Source: Gonapodya sp. JEL0774 (lineage: Eukaryota). From it: a stretch of 64,000 bases of DNA. Positions 47,246-61,529 of the stretch are shown here, piece after piece; position 1 is the first letter of the stretch; the number at the start of each line of letters is the position of its first letter. Position numbers and translations under genes: made by a program. The DNA lies in contig JADIIX010000003.1 in NCBI GenBank assembly GCA_027604505.1, positions 248,001 to 312,000 on the forward strand, read 5' to 3'. The notes beneath the pieces are model-generated. The model saw nothing but the letters and a program-made list of their open reading frames with translations, was not told the DNA's origin and did not search any database.

Positions 47246-50195
47246 ATGTCGCACCACGACAATTATCTCGGCTCAAACCATGACTATGCCTACCTTAATG
47301 ACCAAAACCTTTTACATCCGCACACGGATCTTCACCATCACATGCACCACCAGCCCCTTCCTCTCACCCCTTATGAACCGGACCCTGACCAAGACGCCGA
47401 GACACGCTCGGCTGGTGGTGACGAGGCAAATGACGATGACGATGACGACAATGTCCAGATCGGTGAGGCGCCTCCTGACCTGTCTGATCCATCCTCTGTA
47501 CCAGGAGTTGCGGGCTATGCACACTATCCATCACCTGCCGCCGCGCTTAACGACCACGTCGTTCGCTCTTCCTCTCACAAGTCTGCGGATGAATCTCTCA
47601 CGGACACTGACAAGGAGGGCTCGACTTACTCCGCGGACTCGACCTCCCTCCGAGACCGCGACTCCTCCACCTCCACCGCATACGCGCATTCAGCTCACTC
47701 GTCCTCCGCAACCCCAACGCCGGCACCTTCGATTTCTTCATCCTACACATCATCTTCGAACAACTACAACGTATATCAGCAAGTCCCCGCGGGCCGAACA
47801 TCGTCGTACCCATCGTCTGGGCCAGGATATGGCTCAACACCTGCCTCTGCAAGCTCTAGTGGTGGAGGTGGTGGGGGCTATGGTCAGTATCCACCCCCGC
47901 AACAGCAACAGATGTACTTCCAGTCCTCGCCCCCGTCGCAGTACCCATCTTCTGCCGCTGGCGCCGGCGCCGGCCCTGGAGACTATGCCAAGTCCCCTTA
48001 TCTTTATCACTCCCCATCAAGCCCGTCCTCGCATCAGTCAGCACCTTCACCTCCTCCCCATCACTCAAATTCGATATCTGCTAACAACCACTTGCAATTC
48101 TCCCCCACTGCTACCACCGGAGCGTACCCGTCCTCTCCTACATACCCTTCCACCGTTCCTAGCCGCACTACCTCTCGTTCCACCGTCCCCGCAGGCGCCA
48201 CCCCGTCCAAACCTCCAACGTCGTCTTCCTACGGATCCGTGTTTTCATTGTCAAGATTCAGGGAGATGCTTGCTGCAGATTTAGGCGACAGGGACGACGT
48301 AAAGAATTGGGTTCCCAGGATTGCGGGCTGGGACGATGAAATCTGGGGTGTCGCGCCGGGTAGTGTGTGGTTGAGTGCACCGCATTTGGTTGATGGTTTG
48401 GCCGGAGGTCTACCTGCGGTGCGTACTTTAGCCAAAACCCGGCATTGCCCACCGGATCCTCGCGGTGAAGATAAGGAAATCTCAAAATTACCTTTCTTTA
48501 CTTTGATATTACCCCTCAATCTCTCTATCTCAAGGATGCCTGGGATCCCGTGGAAGACGACACCCCCGATCTCCTCATTCCCACTTCGGATAAGGGAGCT
48601 GTCATGTCGACAGTTACCCGTACACAATCCCGCCGCTCATTCGAAGTCTGGAACTTGTATGACACCGAAATTAACTATGCCAAGGATCTCGATACCTTGC
48701 TCACAGTGTTCAGGCCCCGTATGGTTGCCATGAAGGAGGCCGTCTCTGACCACGCGGTTAAGATTGTCTTTGCCGGAGTTGAGGAGCTGCAGAAACTTCA
48801 CGCAAAATTCCTGGCGGATTTGGATCGAATGTGCCGGCAATGGGATGATGACGCCAGTCCCCTCGGAAAGCTGTTCTTGGACTATGTGAGTGGATTGTCC
48901 TACCGGAAGTTCTTTCAGGTTGCTCTTCCTCCCGAAAGTATTTTGAATGTCTGCTTTCCGCTACTCCTTGTCGTCATATTCCACCCCAAACCGATAATCT
49001 GGTGTTTCTATCCTTCTCTGGAAAGACGGAGGATTGGGACCAGGGTTACCGGATATTCATTGAAAATTTCGGCACCACACTCAAGGAAATCCAGGCGCTG
49101 GAGAAGAACGCGGACTTCCGACAGTTCTTGCAAGTGAGTGGATGAAGGGATGCGTAGTGTCCACGAACGAGCAAATCGATGAATTGGGGAGAGCCCCTGC
49201 GAATTCCCAGCCATGCGCCATCGTGTTCGCTATCATTTTCACGGAATATAACGAACCTTTCCCGCTTCCCCTTCGCCAACAGGACACTGAACAGTCTCCT
49301 GAAACCAAGCGCCAGAACTTAAAATCGTACCTGCTGTTCCCTGTGCAGAGGGTCATGAGGTATCAACTGCTTCTGCAGAGTGAGTAGCAGGGCGGATGGG
49401 TTTCGTTAATAATCAAAAGGCCATTGTTTCAATACTGGTTGTCGAATTGGTCCCTGATTATGTATCTCTCGTGATCTCCGCCACACAGGCATCATCAAAA
49501 ACTCTGATGATAGTCACCCTGACATGGAGAATCTCAAGAAAGCTCGTGAGGTTATGTTGTCTTTCGCCAACAAAGTGAATGAGCGCAAGAAACAGGCTGA
49601 GGAGACAGCTGGGCTGTTCCGTGCCCATGAGGCAACCGAAGGCTGTCCACCTACCATTATCTCTTCGCACCGTCGGTTAGTCACAGAGGCCGAAGTTATC
49701 GACCAAGGGACCAAGAAGGACTTGCACCTGTTTTTGTTCTCGGATATGCTGATGATTGCCAGGGTACGCAAGGCGGGTACAACGACCATTATGGGTATTA
49801 GTTTCACAAAAGATGAGGGGAAGGATAAGGGGGATGAGAAGCCCTATAAGTTTGTTAGGTTTTTGGACTTCAGGGACATCACATTGGAACCTAGAGAGAA
49901 GGGTGAGCGTTGGCAAAAGAGTTGGAAGCCGTCCCCAATCTCGCCGCACTGAGCTCTTACACATATGGGTCTTGTACTTGCCCCCATTCCAGGCCCGGCC
50001 ACTGTCCTCCGTATCATTCTAAACTTCAAAAAGGGTGAACGGACTGAGACAACCTTCGAGACGGGAGTTGTTCCCGCTGCAGAAACAAAACTGTTCACGT
50101 TCGTGTTTCCAGGAGCAAAGGAAGACGGAGAGAAAGGAAGGAATCAATTCCACATGGCGGTGGAGAACGAGATGAAAAGAGCGTTGAGAACTTGA
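47246..50195 (+). CDS. Rho guanine-nucleotide exchange factor (DH-PH) with a long Ser/Pro/Tyr-rich N-terminus
   Basis: DH motifs LYDTEINYAKDL, IVFAGVEEL, LKSYLLFPVQRVMRYQLLL, HPDMENL..A and VNERKKQ. PH motif HLFLFSDMLMIA. Confidence 0.9.
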
Positions 50196-50476
50196 ATGTT
50201 TTCGGGGACACTTCAGCGTACGAGTCAGAAGAACGGGTTCACGTGAATCGAAACTCGACGTGGAAACTGGGTTGTTAGCAAGATGTGTCTGCTGCCGGCA
50301 CGAGAGATGTGTTCGTCGAGGGATTGTCTGACAGGTGGAAAGCTACTACTTTGGAAGGTGTATCAAGATCCCGTCAAGTTTTATGTATTCTTGCCGATTA
50401 ATTCATAGGTCAAGAAGGTTCTTCTGCCGTTGTGAAATTCTTCCTCCCTCGCGACAGCTCAATAGGTAATTACACA

Positions 50477-52099
50477 ATGTCACTTGATCTGACTTGTCGC
50501 AACTCTCCTCTTTCCACGCTGCCTCTTGAGCTTGAAATTCGAGTTCTGTCTCTTCTCCCACTTCCGGATCTGTTCATTTTCTCGTCAACATCAAGATGGT
50601 GGCGGACCTTCGTCCCGTCAATTCCACAACTCTGGACCGAGATAGATTTTTTCGAGGCGCAATGGACTGCATCACGACTATGGGGATCGCGTAAGATCGA
50701 TTTTGAAGGGAGAAAAGCTCTTTCAAAAGCAGATATAAAGGAAAAGCGTAAGCAACTGGTTGGATTGAAGAAATGGAGTACCGAGCCAACATCCGGACCT
50801 TTGAGCAAATTCCCAATTGCAACCTTACCGGTACCCGGGACAAGCAAGGTGGAGTTTCCACAAGTCAAACCTGGGGTGACGGATTCACGATTGTTCAGAA
50901 TGACGAAGACACGGATCGACTTGCTGAAGGTAACAGACAGACTGGTGACAACCTTATTGGGCGAAGCTTCGAAGCAAGCATCGGTGTCACCATTCTCCCT
51001 TCCTGCGACCACCCTATCGGCAGTCCGCGTTGTTCGTCTAGCTTCGACTCGCATTACTCGCAGGTCCGTGGTGACAGTGCTACGAAACTGCACAAATTTG
51101 AGAGAACTCGATGTGACCGGGTGCAGAGAGTGCCGCCTTACCAGTGCGGATGTTGGCTTTCTGCAGGACAATGCTATTTTCAATAAACAGATCTTTGCAG
51201 ATTGGGATCCCCGGAAATCAGCGATTTTCCGCGTACCCGATACTTTGATTTCAATTGGTCTAGTTGGAACAAGACACGTGGAGGCTGACAGTACTCACGC
51301 GACGACATCCAGAAACTCCACGGGTGGTTCTCTATTTCCAACGAATCATTTGCAACAATCGAGCCCACAAAATCCACAAGATGTTTACGCTCTTGCGCCT
51401 GGTGCTGTCGGTTTGCGGGGCCCAAGCTATTTTACGCTGATGGACCTCGTACTCCTATCCATTCCCTCCCCTCTATCGTCTGTTCATGTACCCACGTGCC
51501 AGTTGTGTCTAAAGTCGGCACGGGTCCTCGCAACTCCGACCTCCCCCGAGTGCTCAAAGTGTGTGTTGTGCTCTTCTGTTGTCCACGCCTGCAGTGGGAA
51601 CGAACCATCAACGTTACTTCAGAGACCGAGGCCAGTGGTTCTTCCTGGTGGTACTGTGCTTCCTCGCAATGCGGACCCCAACATGACACATTCAGATGAC
51701 TCATCAGCTGTGGAATGCTATGGTGTTTCATGCACAGGATGTGGGAGAGTGGGACTTTGCGCTCGTTGTTCGAGCATTCTTGAACAGGCTGCGCAAACCA
51801 TTCACACCTCTGTGCAGGAGGTTGGTGAGATGGATTCCGAGTATGCAAGTTGGTTGTTAGAGAAAGTAGTAGAGTCAAGAGTTCTTGGGAGGTGGTGTGC
51901 AGGAGTGGAGTGTTGTAAATGGTTTTGCGGAAGGTAAGATCATATTCCGGTTGCCAGCACAAAAGGTGTCATTCAAAATTTCTTCTTCAGCTGCAGCATT
52001 TATCTGTCTGGCTTCAAGAAAGTTCGCATGTGTGAAAGTTGCTATGACGCCAGTAGAATCGGATTTGTAGACACAGTGATGGATGAAGATGACTGGTGA
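50477..52099 (+). CDS. F-box/LRR protein with a Cys-rich (multi-CxxC) C-terminus
   Basis: F-box LPLELEIRVLSLLPLPDL..FSSTSRWW and RNI-like LRR (TRITRRSV..VLRNCTNLRELDVTGC). CxxC motifs follow. The final exon was reconstructed as CGSC...MCESCYD...DEDDW*. Confidence 0.8.
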
Positions 52100-52350
52100 T
52101 ATCCGCATGGACCAAACGCGATATGGAGCAGCAAAAGCAACCTCCATTCAGACCACATTCAGATATATGCACACAATATGCAGGGTTGTCTGAAAGTTGA
52201 CTCATCGGGCTGTCCACATTATAATGGACTCGGGTAAATGTAATAATAATACATACAGCCATGAGCTTTTGATAGACTCCTACCAACCACATCCCGCTTC
52301 CCCATGGGTGCAAGGGGTTACTGGGTCTTCGCTCCACAGTCCACATTACT

Positions 52351-55300
52351 CTACCGCCCTGATCCAACTCCCCCAAGGGCGCCAAGTCGTTTCCACAGCT
52401 CTGAGTACTGGTCTTCTTGGGGGCGTTGACTCAAATCAGCCGCACTACCGGCAATTCCCATTCCCCCCACTATCCCTTCCACCTCCGCATCATCCTCCCA
52501 GGGACCAGGTACGTAATCACCTTCAGCATGAATACGAACCTTCTTTTTGGGCTTGCCCGAGTGATCGAGCGAGACTGCAGAGCCATTCGAGGACGAAGAG
52601 AGAGAAGATTTTGGAGGAAGTGTTACCGTTGATGGATGAAATGGCTGTGGGGGCTGAAGCGGAGGAACCCAAGAGCGAGAAGCCGACAATCCAGCTTGAG
52701 ATGCACTCCCGGAAGTAAGTCCTCCATCGAAGTCGATGAGAGGCCCCGACCGCCCACTGTTTGCCGGCTCGGTGTCTGTATGTTCCGGCGATTGAGCCGC
52801 CAGGCGATCAAGGAAGTCCAGATCTAAAGCCGAAGTAATACCCTCGAATTCCTCGGGTGATCTGAGTGAAGTAAGCGGGGAAGGCGGTTGTGGTAAAGGC
52901 GGAAATGGCGCTGGTGGAAGTGCCGGTGGGATGGAAGGATTTTGAGGCAACGGCAGTGACGGTGCCCATGGGGGAGAGAGTGGTTGGGTGAAAGACTCGT
53001 CCAAATGGCTCCTTCCGGGAGGGTGACCCTCCGGAAGGCGGTGCGTGATCTCCATCTCGGAGAGTTCTCGGTCCAATTCGTCCAGCTCGGCGTTGTTGGT
53101 TTGCCCCTGGTTTGATCCATCAGGATCGACGGCGCCACCAAGTTCATCGCCACTAGAGCTATCTATTGTCTGCTGGATATTGACGAAGCGCGATTGATCT
53201 GGCATCCTGGTCGGAATCGATGGGAACATAGTGGTCAATGCCACCACCTCATCTGGGGGGTCCTTGTCGCCTCCGCTCCTCGCAATCTCAAGAATTGCAT
53301 CCGTAGAGCCTTTGCTTTGAGCCAGATTGGCATTTACAGCGGATGATTCAAGGATTGGTTCAGAGAGTGGCTGGGTGTGTCTCATTGCTGGGGCGTCAGG
53401 AGGAATCAAACTGTCATCCTCTTCCTCCTCCTCATTTCTAGCAGCATCGATATCAGTTGCAAGTTCTACCGCTCGCTCCATCACGCCTTGCCAACCCGTT
53501 GCTTCCGCATCCTCCCTCTCCAGTTCGTCGGGCAGTTTTTCCCCTTCTCCCCTCGGCGGTTCCACACCCAAGCTTCTCTCCCATAATTCTCGCTCTCCAA
53601 CATACACCCTTGTGACCAACCAGTGCCGTACGTTTGAGTCCGATGATAGCTTGCTCAGCTCCTGCGTCATTTGTGCTGAAACAATTTTCCCCGCTGCAGA
53701 TTCACGCCCGCTCCAGCGCAAACCAGCTGTAGGGTGCAAAAGTCCCGGCGGCGCAGGCGCAGGTCGACGGGGCAAAGGATGCCGGGGCCCTGCCCAAGCG
53801 GGCAGCGAGTCCGTTTCAACTGGTGCTCCATGTGTCATGGAACAGAGTGATAACGTACTCTCCAATATGTTGGAGGCAGACACGGTGAGGGCAAGAGAGG
53901 GTTTCGAGGACGATAAGGATGGAGTTGGAGGAGGGGATTGATCACTCGCGAGACCATAAAGCCGCACAAGGTCCCGGAGGGTATCGAGGAATGGGTGAAG
54001 CCACGGTGTAATAGTGTGGAGAGGAGGGTTGTAGAAACTGAACCAAGAAGGTTCAAAGAAACAAAACAATTATTGACAGAAGGCATCGTGTGGGGGAGCA
54101 CTCCTACTTCTAGCAACCCACATCTCAAGCGCATCCTTTATCTCTGCAAAGTAGCCATCCCAGCCCTTCGCGTCTGCTCTCCCCTCCTGCTTCATCATCG
54201 TAAGCGCAACCCTCTCAATCCATTCACGCCATCGCCCATCTACAAGGGCCCAAGAGTTCTTGAGTCGCCTTACACTCGGGCTGGAGAGGGCAAGCACAAT
54301 CGCCGCCAAGGCGGAGTACGACCTGTACCCTCTCTGTAAAGCTATTCCAGTTGCCACGAGGTGCTGGATAACATGCGCGCGAGCGGCGGCGGAGGTCACA
54401 GAGGGGTTCTCCCGTTGAGCTGAGATGATGGTATCGACAAAAACGTGGCGAAGGTAAGTATGGAAATCGAGGCAGGCCCTCAGGGGACGCAGTTGAGGAT
54501 CGAGCGCAGCACCATATGGGTGGTCGTGCCGCGCCGCCAGAATGAGAGAGTCCCTCAAATCTGGCGTGGACCCCAGGAGTGACCGAAACAGTTGGGCATC
54601 TATCGTCGCCAGCTCCTTGGCGAGCAGCTGCGGTGTAAAAGACTGTACTGTGAAGTCTGGCGAAGAGAACTTCGTTACGGCCTCGACCGCCGCATCCAGG
54701 CGCCGCTTCTCAGAGTGCGCTGCCTCGTGGACCCGACGAAGAGCTCCCAAGTCCCGAGGCAGGGTATTTCCGAGGGCATCAAGTTGGTGTTTAGATGCAG
54801 CAGCAGCATTTCGCAGAGCAATTTTATACTCCGAGGCCTGAGCGACCAGGGCCTTGCTAAGAGGTGACGTAGGGACGATGGGAAGTAGGATTGGTGTGTC
54901 TGGGATGAAGTTGGGGAGCGACGGTACTAGAGACGAGGAACTAGATACGCTTTCCGAGGTGGAGCTCTGTGTAACGGCAATGGCTTGCGATGGAGCGACC
55001 ACTCGCGAAGATATAGCTGCTTCGGCCTTATCAAGGGCAGTCCTTGCGAGCTCGAACAGCGATGCGGCGGAGGCGGGTAGGGGGGCCTTGAGTGATTCTA
55101 AATAGATTTCATGAAAAGTGCAATTTCGAGATGCGGGATGCGGCCAAACGGTCCAATCACGAGCTCCGTCAGATGCTCACGCTGATCGTCCCACTGTGTT
55201 GCCGTTCCCACCGTGAGGATCACACTATTCGCCGCTCGAAGAAATAAGACAAAAGCGTCCTTTTGTACGTGATGGGGTGGGTGGAGGGTGAGTGAATGCT

Positions 55301-55609
55301 GTGCATTTGTCTGATCGTGGGGGACCAGAATCTCCGACCACCACCACACCCGCAATCACGGCGCAACATCACGGTCCCAGCAAGAAATTCAAAGTGTGAT
55401 CAAATAGACGATTCAATTGCGGATTCCTTCTTCGGCCGAAAAGTCCAGTTTTGCGTGGGAAGCTGTTGTGTCGAGCTCCTGGCTCCACTTTTCGCCCTCC
55501 GCCTGGGACGAACCTTGAAATTCTCCTTGTCGGCCTCAATCTGCGCCTCTTGAAGAAGCCGGCGGGATTTCCCTTCGTCCCATGGGTCGTTTGGTGGAGG
55601 TTGATCCAT
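52351..55609 (-). CDS. Ras GEF (CDC25-like catalytic domain) protein
   Basis: Motifs FTPQLLAKELATIDAQLFR, RAHVIQHLV, SYSALAAIVLALSSPSVRRLKNSW and ITPWLHPFLDTL. The start is inferred. Confidence 0.8.
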
Positions 55610-56050
55610 GTAAGTAATATGTGATGATAGCGATCTGGATCCTCCGTCCACCACATCAGGTAGTGTTTTATTTCTTTGACATGCATATGCTGCGAAGTCC
55701 ATTGAACCACCGAAGACACACGTGAATTTCATCTGCATTATTATTAGCTGCATAACAACCCAGTTACCCAACAAATACATCACACGATGGCATGCCTACA
55801 AACAAGGCATATGAAACAAAAAAAGGGCAATAAATCACAGAAACAGAGACCGGAACAAAGACCGTGTATACTACAGTTTGGGGCGAATGCACAGCACCGC
55901 CGCACCACACCGAGTCCCAGAGTGGTATGATCTGTCCCACTTGGAGCAACCAGACCAATACATACACATCCACCCAGCACCGAGAGCCACGACCAGTCGT
56001 GGAGTTTGGGGACTTCATCACACCTGCCAGAATTCACACCCCTGGTGTTG

Positions 56051-57984
56051 CTATGCCGAGGGTTCCACAACCACCACCACGGTCTCCCCCCTGACATCTC
56101 TCCTACACACTGGACATGCCACGCTCTTCTCCAGTAGCCATCGGTCGATACATGCGGCGTGGAATTCGTGTCCGCAAGGTGGTAAACTTCGCACAAGTTC
56201 ACCGTCACGGAACTGTTCGATGCAAATGGGGCAGTGGTCCAGGTCGAGGTTGGTTGCAATCGATATGCGAGAGAGGGCTCGAGCGGCACGGGAGAGTGTG
56301 GAGGGGCGAGGGAGGGAAGGAGAAGTTTGGCTAGGAGATACGGGCGTGGCGGACGGGGACGAGGGGGCCGGGTCCGATGATGGGGGTTTCGGGTGGTCCA
56401 GGGTGGTCCGTAGGTGCAGTCCACCTTGCCCCTGGGAGGAGGGGGACTCGTATGGGCGGATGGGAGGGAGTGCGGCGAGCTCTTTGGGGGTGAGGTGGGG
56501 GAGGTTCTTGTTGCCTGCGGCGAGCTCGAGGGCAAGCTCGTCGAGGGTAATGCCGCGTGACCGAGCGATGCGGTACTGTTCATGAAATGGGAGGCCGAAG
56601 TGAGGTTAGATTGGTGTAGAAGCGGAACGTTTGGGACGACATGAAACAAAGAGGAGCAAGCACACCGCGACGTGCAACCTGGTGACGCTTCCAAGCTCTC
56701 AGTCTCCAACGACATAAATAACGGGCTCCAACAATCTGGAACTGTTGAACGGACCTCCATATCCTCAGATCTCTCTGAAGCAGCTACTCACCCGCCTAAC
56801 ATACACCACCCCCACGGAGCACAGCGTCAAACCCACCACCACGGCCGCGGCCCCAAGCAGTGTGCTACTTGTGAGACCCCTGAACACGACAGCGGAGAGA
56901 TCGTCAGAGGCCGAGACAAGGTGCGAGGTCGGTACGGTGATGAGGACAGCATGCTGGCAGACGCGGGAGAGGGTTGGGGCAGGGGCGCACGCATGAATGG
57001 GTGGGGAAGGGGTTGACGGGAGAGCGGGGGTGAGGTCAGCATGTTATACGGCTGTCTGTCAGTGTGTCGGTCCGCCTTACTGGTTCCTGTATACCTCGGA
57101 TATCCCATGACGCATATCGCACACAAGAACACCCGTGGTCCGAGTTTTTTTGAAAGCATTACTAAACTCACCATGCCATCGCGATCCGCTCCGGCCACCC
57201 CGCTGATGTTGCCAACCTTCAGAGCCAAATCCGTCAGCGCCGCTCCATAATTCGCCGACACAAACGCGACAGCAAACGACGTGAAGTTTCCGACGTCGGA
57301 GGTGGTGAGGGTTTCCAAATTGTCGGGCGGGGGGTAGAGGACGGCGATAGAGGCGGAGTTGAGGGCGGCGACGTTGGTGAGTTTGGTAAGGAGGGGACAA
57401 GGAGTGGAGGTAGAGGAGATGAGGATCCTGGTCAGGGGAAGGGGGATGAGATCGGGTTGAGTTGGAGCAAGCAACAACGCGCATCTCGAATACGCACGCC
57501 AAGGTATCCGATACATTTGCGGAGGGGATCATTGGTATAGTTGAGCAGGCGTCGCCTACGTAGAGCATCTGGCTCTCTGAGAGAAAAAACCGTGGATTTA
57601 CGGGGAGGGATCCGTTCCGTGAGTACAGGAGACTTCATGTTCAGAGACATTTCACCGGATCCCTCTGAGCGATCCTCAACCCTAAATCCACGCACCAATA
57701 TCGAGCGTTGGCAGCACCGTTCCCTTTGGTAGCATCAAAGTCCCGACATAATCCGCCCAAACCACGGGATCGACCGTCGCGTTAGGAGCAGCGGTAAACG
57801 AATATGCGGAGAGGGTGAGATTTTTCTGAGCGGATAAGGTTATTGATTTAGCAGCAGGAGGAGAAGAAGCGGCGGGAAAGGAGCGGGCGGAGGACGAGGG
57901 GATGAGGAGGAGCAGGACGAGTGCGAGCACCGGAAGCAGCGAGTGTGAATGAAGGACGTCGAGTTGCCGCTGCGATTGCGCCAT
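56051..57984 (-). CDS. Signal peptide + PA-like domain + TM + RING-H2 E3 ubiquitin ligase
   Basis: RING-H2 CPICIEQFRDGELVRSLPPCGHEFHAACIDRWLLEKSVACPVCRRDV (about 56095-56235, a frame not listed in the ORF track). Also a signal LPVLALVLLLLIPSSSA, a PA-like segment and a TM LLGAAAVVVGLTLCSVGVVYVRR. Confidence 0.88.
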
Positions 57985-59090
57985 GGGGGTGCGCAGATTC
58001 GGCGGCATCGAAATTCGACTTTTGGAGTTCGTTGAATATTTTAGAAAGCGTGGATGGAAAGAGCTGAGGGGACCAGGGCAGGGAGCAGATCTGGGTGCCC
58101 CCCCGTGAAGCCTCCCGTGTCTCTCTGGCTTGCCGCACTGGTCACAATCACGTATATGATCTTCCCATTCCCTATTGGCGCATTAAAATTTGGAATGTAC
58201 CCAAATCCCACATCCGCCATGATGTTTCCGTGTGGCTACACTTGTAACATGTGTGTCCCTGTTGCCGCCGTCTTCGCAGACAACCCATTCCACAGCCCAA
58301 GGTCGCAAGAGCGCCAAATTAATATCGGTGGCCCGCAACAAAGCACAAAATTTTATGGTGCAGGCACTCAGTGGTGATTTCCGATGAGGTAGAGCTTGCT
58401 GCGCTTGTGCGAGAGACCAGATCCAGAGCTAAAAAGGGACCCGTCATTACTGCTCCCAATACACCTCAACGGCGAGAAAAAACACCCGGCCTTCTGACGA
58501 GACTCCGAATCAAATTATACTCGAGTTTGAATTGTTGATGTGTAGATGGGTGGCTGTAGGTGCTTAAGCGCGCAATTTGGTGTGTGGTTTGCATGGGAAG
58601 TCGATCAGACTACGCCCACTCTTCTGAGAAAGAGACCGAGCATTCACATGACCGGGGTGTAAACTCAAAACGTAATGATTATACGAACTCGAGACATTTA
58701 CGGAGCCCAAGGCCGTGCTGGAATGCCTACACAGCGTGATTTGTCGTCATTGCGGCCCACGCCAAATCATTTTCAGATCCATCCACCACGGTGTTTACGA
58801 GCAGCGAAATCCCACAGTAAAATAAGATTGAAATAAACTGATCGGCTCAAATTTGTATTTTTTGATCCGAGGTGGGACTCACACCCAATTGCAAAGTTTC
58901 TCTGCAGTTTCATGAAATGCTCAGAGAACGTGTACGACACTTTCAGTACATGCTCTAGTGTATCTATCTATAAGTAGACACGGAAGCTTGATGATCCTCG
59001 GCCTCCATTTGCGGTCTTTGCAGACCTCTTCGCATGACTACCCAGCAACCCATAATTCAGCACCGGTGCTCTTTCATAGGAACATTCCCA

Positions 59091-61256
59091 ATGCGAAGAC
59101 GACGACCCCTCATCCGAGCCATATTGCCCGGCCCACTTCACTCGCGACACCCTCGATTTCCATCTCTGTGCAGACTTAGTCCTGTATTCGCCCGGTTAGC
59201 GTGTCTCCTCACCGTCGTCTTCTTCGCCGTGCTTTCCATCCCCCATGTGCACGCTTCCCTCCCCCCCGCCTCTTCCGAATCACATTCTGCCGCTCGAACG
59301 GGTCATTTGGGAAACGACGAGTCTCGCCATTCGGACGCGCTCGTTCTGGAGTCCGATGCGTCCGTGGACGAGCCCACTCTCGACGGATGGACAGACCCCA
59401 CCGTGACCATCACGAAATCCAACATGTCGCTCTTGGCGCGTGGGAGATGGCTCGTTCAATTGTGAGTTTTGAGCGGGGTCGGGTTGCGCAGGCGTGTCGG
59501 ATGGAGTGTGAAGCGGTTGGATGAGTTGGAACTGAAGTACCGGGCAAGAGGGGTGCTTGCTTCGCTTTTTTTTTGAGATTACAGTATTGCAACGGTGCAG
59601 GCTTCCTTAGGTGTGGGTACACAGAAGTGGAACGTCGATTCCTCGATTAGAAGCGAGGATGAGAGGGTTTCCATTTGGTCGACATCCGTTGATCCCCCCC
59701 AGGACCAAAGCGAGATTGAGCTGGGAACTTATCAGACACCAAACTCTCTGTTAATCGTTTGGCTTTCGACTCCCACTCTCCTATTCCCTCTTACTCTGAC
59801 ATCTCTCCTTCAATTCGTTCACCGTGATTCCACCACTCTACCGTACATCCCCAGCTCCACCCCGTGGTGCCCCTTCTCCCGCCGCCTGCAACCCATATGG
59901 CTTGAAGCAATTCGTATACTTGACACTGAGGAAGCCGAGCGAGAGCAACAGGTGGCCGCGGCGATGGAGTTTGGTTCCGGGAACGCAGTGGCCGGGTTTG
60001 ACAGGGCCAAGGAGGATGGAGACGGGGTTCCGCGACCGCTTACTTTGGTCCGCCGGGTCACTTGTAACGCCTCCACCACCGATCTTCCCGAATGCTCGTC
60101 TTCCACCTCTTCCTCCTCCTCCCCCGAATCCGAACCCACCGCAACACACGCAGCTCCCGCACGAGCAACACAAACTCACATCCCAGTAGCTCGCTTGAAC
60201 ATTTTGCCGAGATTGCGATTCGCCAAAGTGGACGCGGAGAGAGACCCAGAGGTGGCGGCGTTGGTTGAAGTGAAGGGGTATCCGACCATCAAACTGTGAG
60301 TGGTTCTTGGCAGGCGGTGATGTTTGGGTTGGATGACTGCTGTATTCCAGTCGGGCAAGAAGTTCCCGTTTTGGAAAGAAACAAAGTTTGGAGGCATTGG
60401 TGTGGAAAAAGAGAGCTGCCTCCCGTTCAATCAGGGATGCCAACTTGAATGGCAGCTAACCATCTCAGTCCCATTCTCACCTGTACCCCCGTTCAAACCC
60501 CATTTCACCTCCGACCACCCGTTCCGCTTCACATCTCAGCATTCAACATGCCGATGCCTGGACCCACACGAACCTCACCACAGTCACTTCCCTAGTCCAT
60601 TTCGTACGGCACGGGTGGCGGAGACAGGCGTGGTACAACCGCCTGCCAGCACGGTGGTCTACATGGTACGCCGCACAGGTCAGGCTGTTCAATTTGTGGG
60701 GCGGGTGGAGGGTGAGTTTGGAGATGTCGCGCGGGCCACTAGGCAATCATCCAGTCTTCTGTGGGCCTTCTTGATCTCTCCATCTTTGCACCGTCTCACC
60801 ATCAAACGCCATTACCCCCAACACAGTCCTCCCTCGCGCATGTTCTGCCTCCACCCCTTCCACCTCTCATTGCCGCACTCTTGGCCGTGCTTGTTCTCCG
60901 TGGGGACACCCTGCCACGCTTTGGGGACGCGTGGCAGGAACTGGGTGCCCGGTGGGCGGCGTTGGGTAGGGTTGGGGCGGAGATGGTATGGGATTTGGAG
61001 GAGGTGGATGCGATGCAGGCAGAGGGAGGAGCCGGTTAGGGGTGAGGAAAGGGCTAATTGGATGTGGAGTTTGTTTGTGCATATCGTGGGGGATCGGCAG
61101 GAGCCAGAGGGAAACGATTTGTTGGCACACTCTGTCTTCTTGCAGGTGCAGGGGAAGTTGGAAACCAAAGCACGCGGAACCACATTGGAAAGACATGCAC
61201 GGCCCGACAAGAATTTGGTGAGGTCGTTTGGACCTTCTTATTTGCAAATACATTAA
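59091..61256 (+). CDS. Thioredoxin-related transmembrane (TMX/PDI-like) ER protein with a WCPFS site
   Basis: Signal/TM segment, then GRWLVQ, TPWCPFSRRLQPIW, LRFAKVD..RDPEVA..VEVKGYPTIKL, and a later hydrophobic segment LIAALLAVLVL. Confidence 0.75.
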
Positions 61257-61529
61257 TGGCATCCATCCAAAGTGGAGGAACTCCGCTGCCATGTTAATGT
61301 GTACTATGTATGGTAATGCATCGTCCACTCATGGATTGTGGAGCTGGGAAGAAATGTAATCGTAACACGGTTGAAACAAGAGATGTTCCTGGAATTTTGT
61401 TTCCCAGGTTCTCCGTATACGTATTTTCTTCGCGTTGGTGGGTGAGCTGACAATGGACTTTAAAAGTTGCGTAGACCGGCTAGAAAACAGCCGCTCTTCC
61501 GTTCCATTCGCCATTGTTTTCAGTTAAAC

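Noticed and set aside
47058..48284. 408-aa overlapping ORF and similar long antisense or alternative-frame ORFs
   Set aside because: These are shadow frames of GC-rich, low-complexity coding exons with no recognisable motifs.
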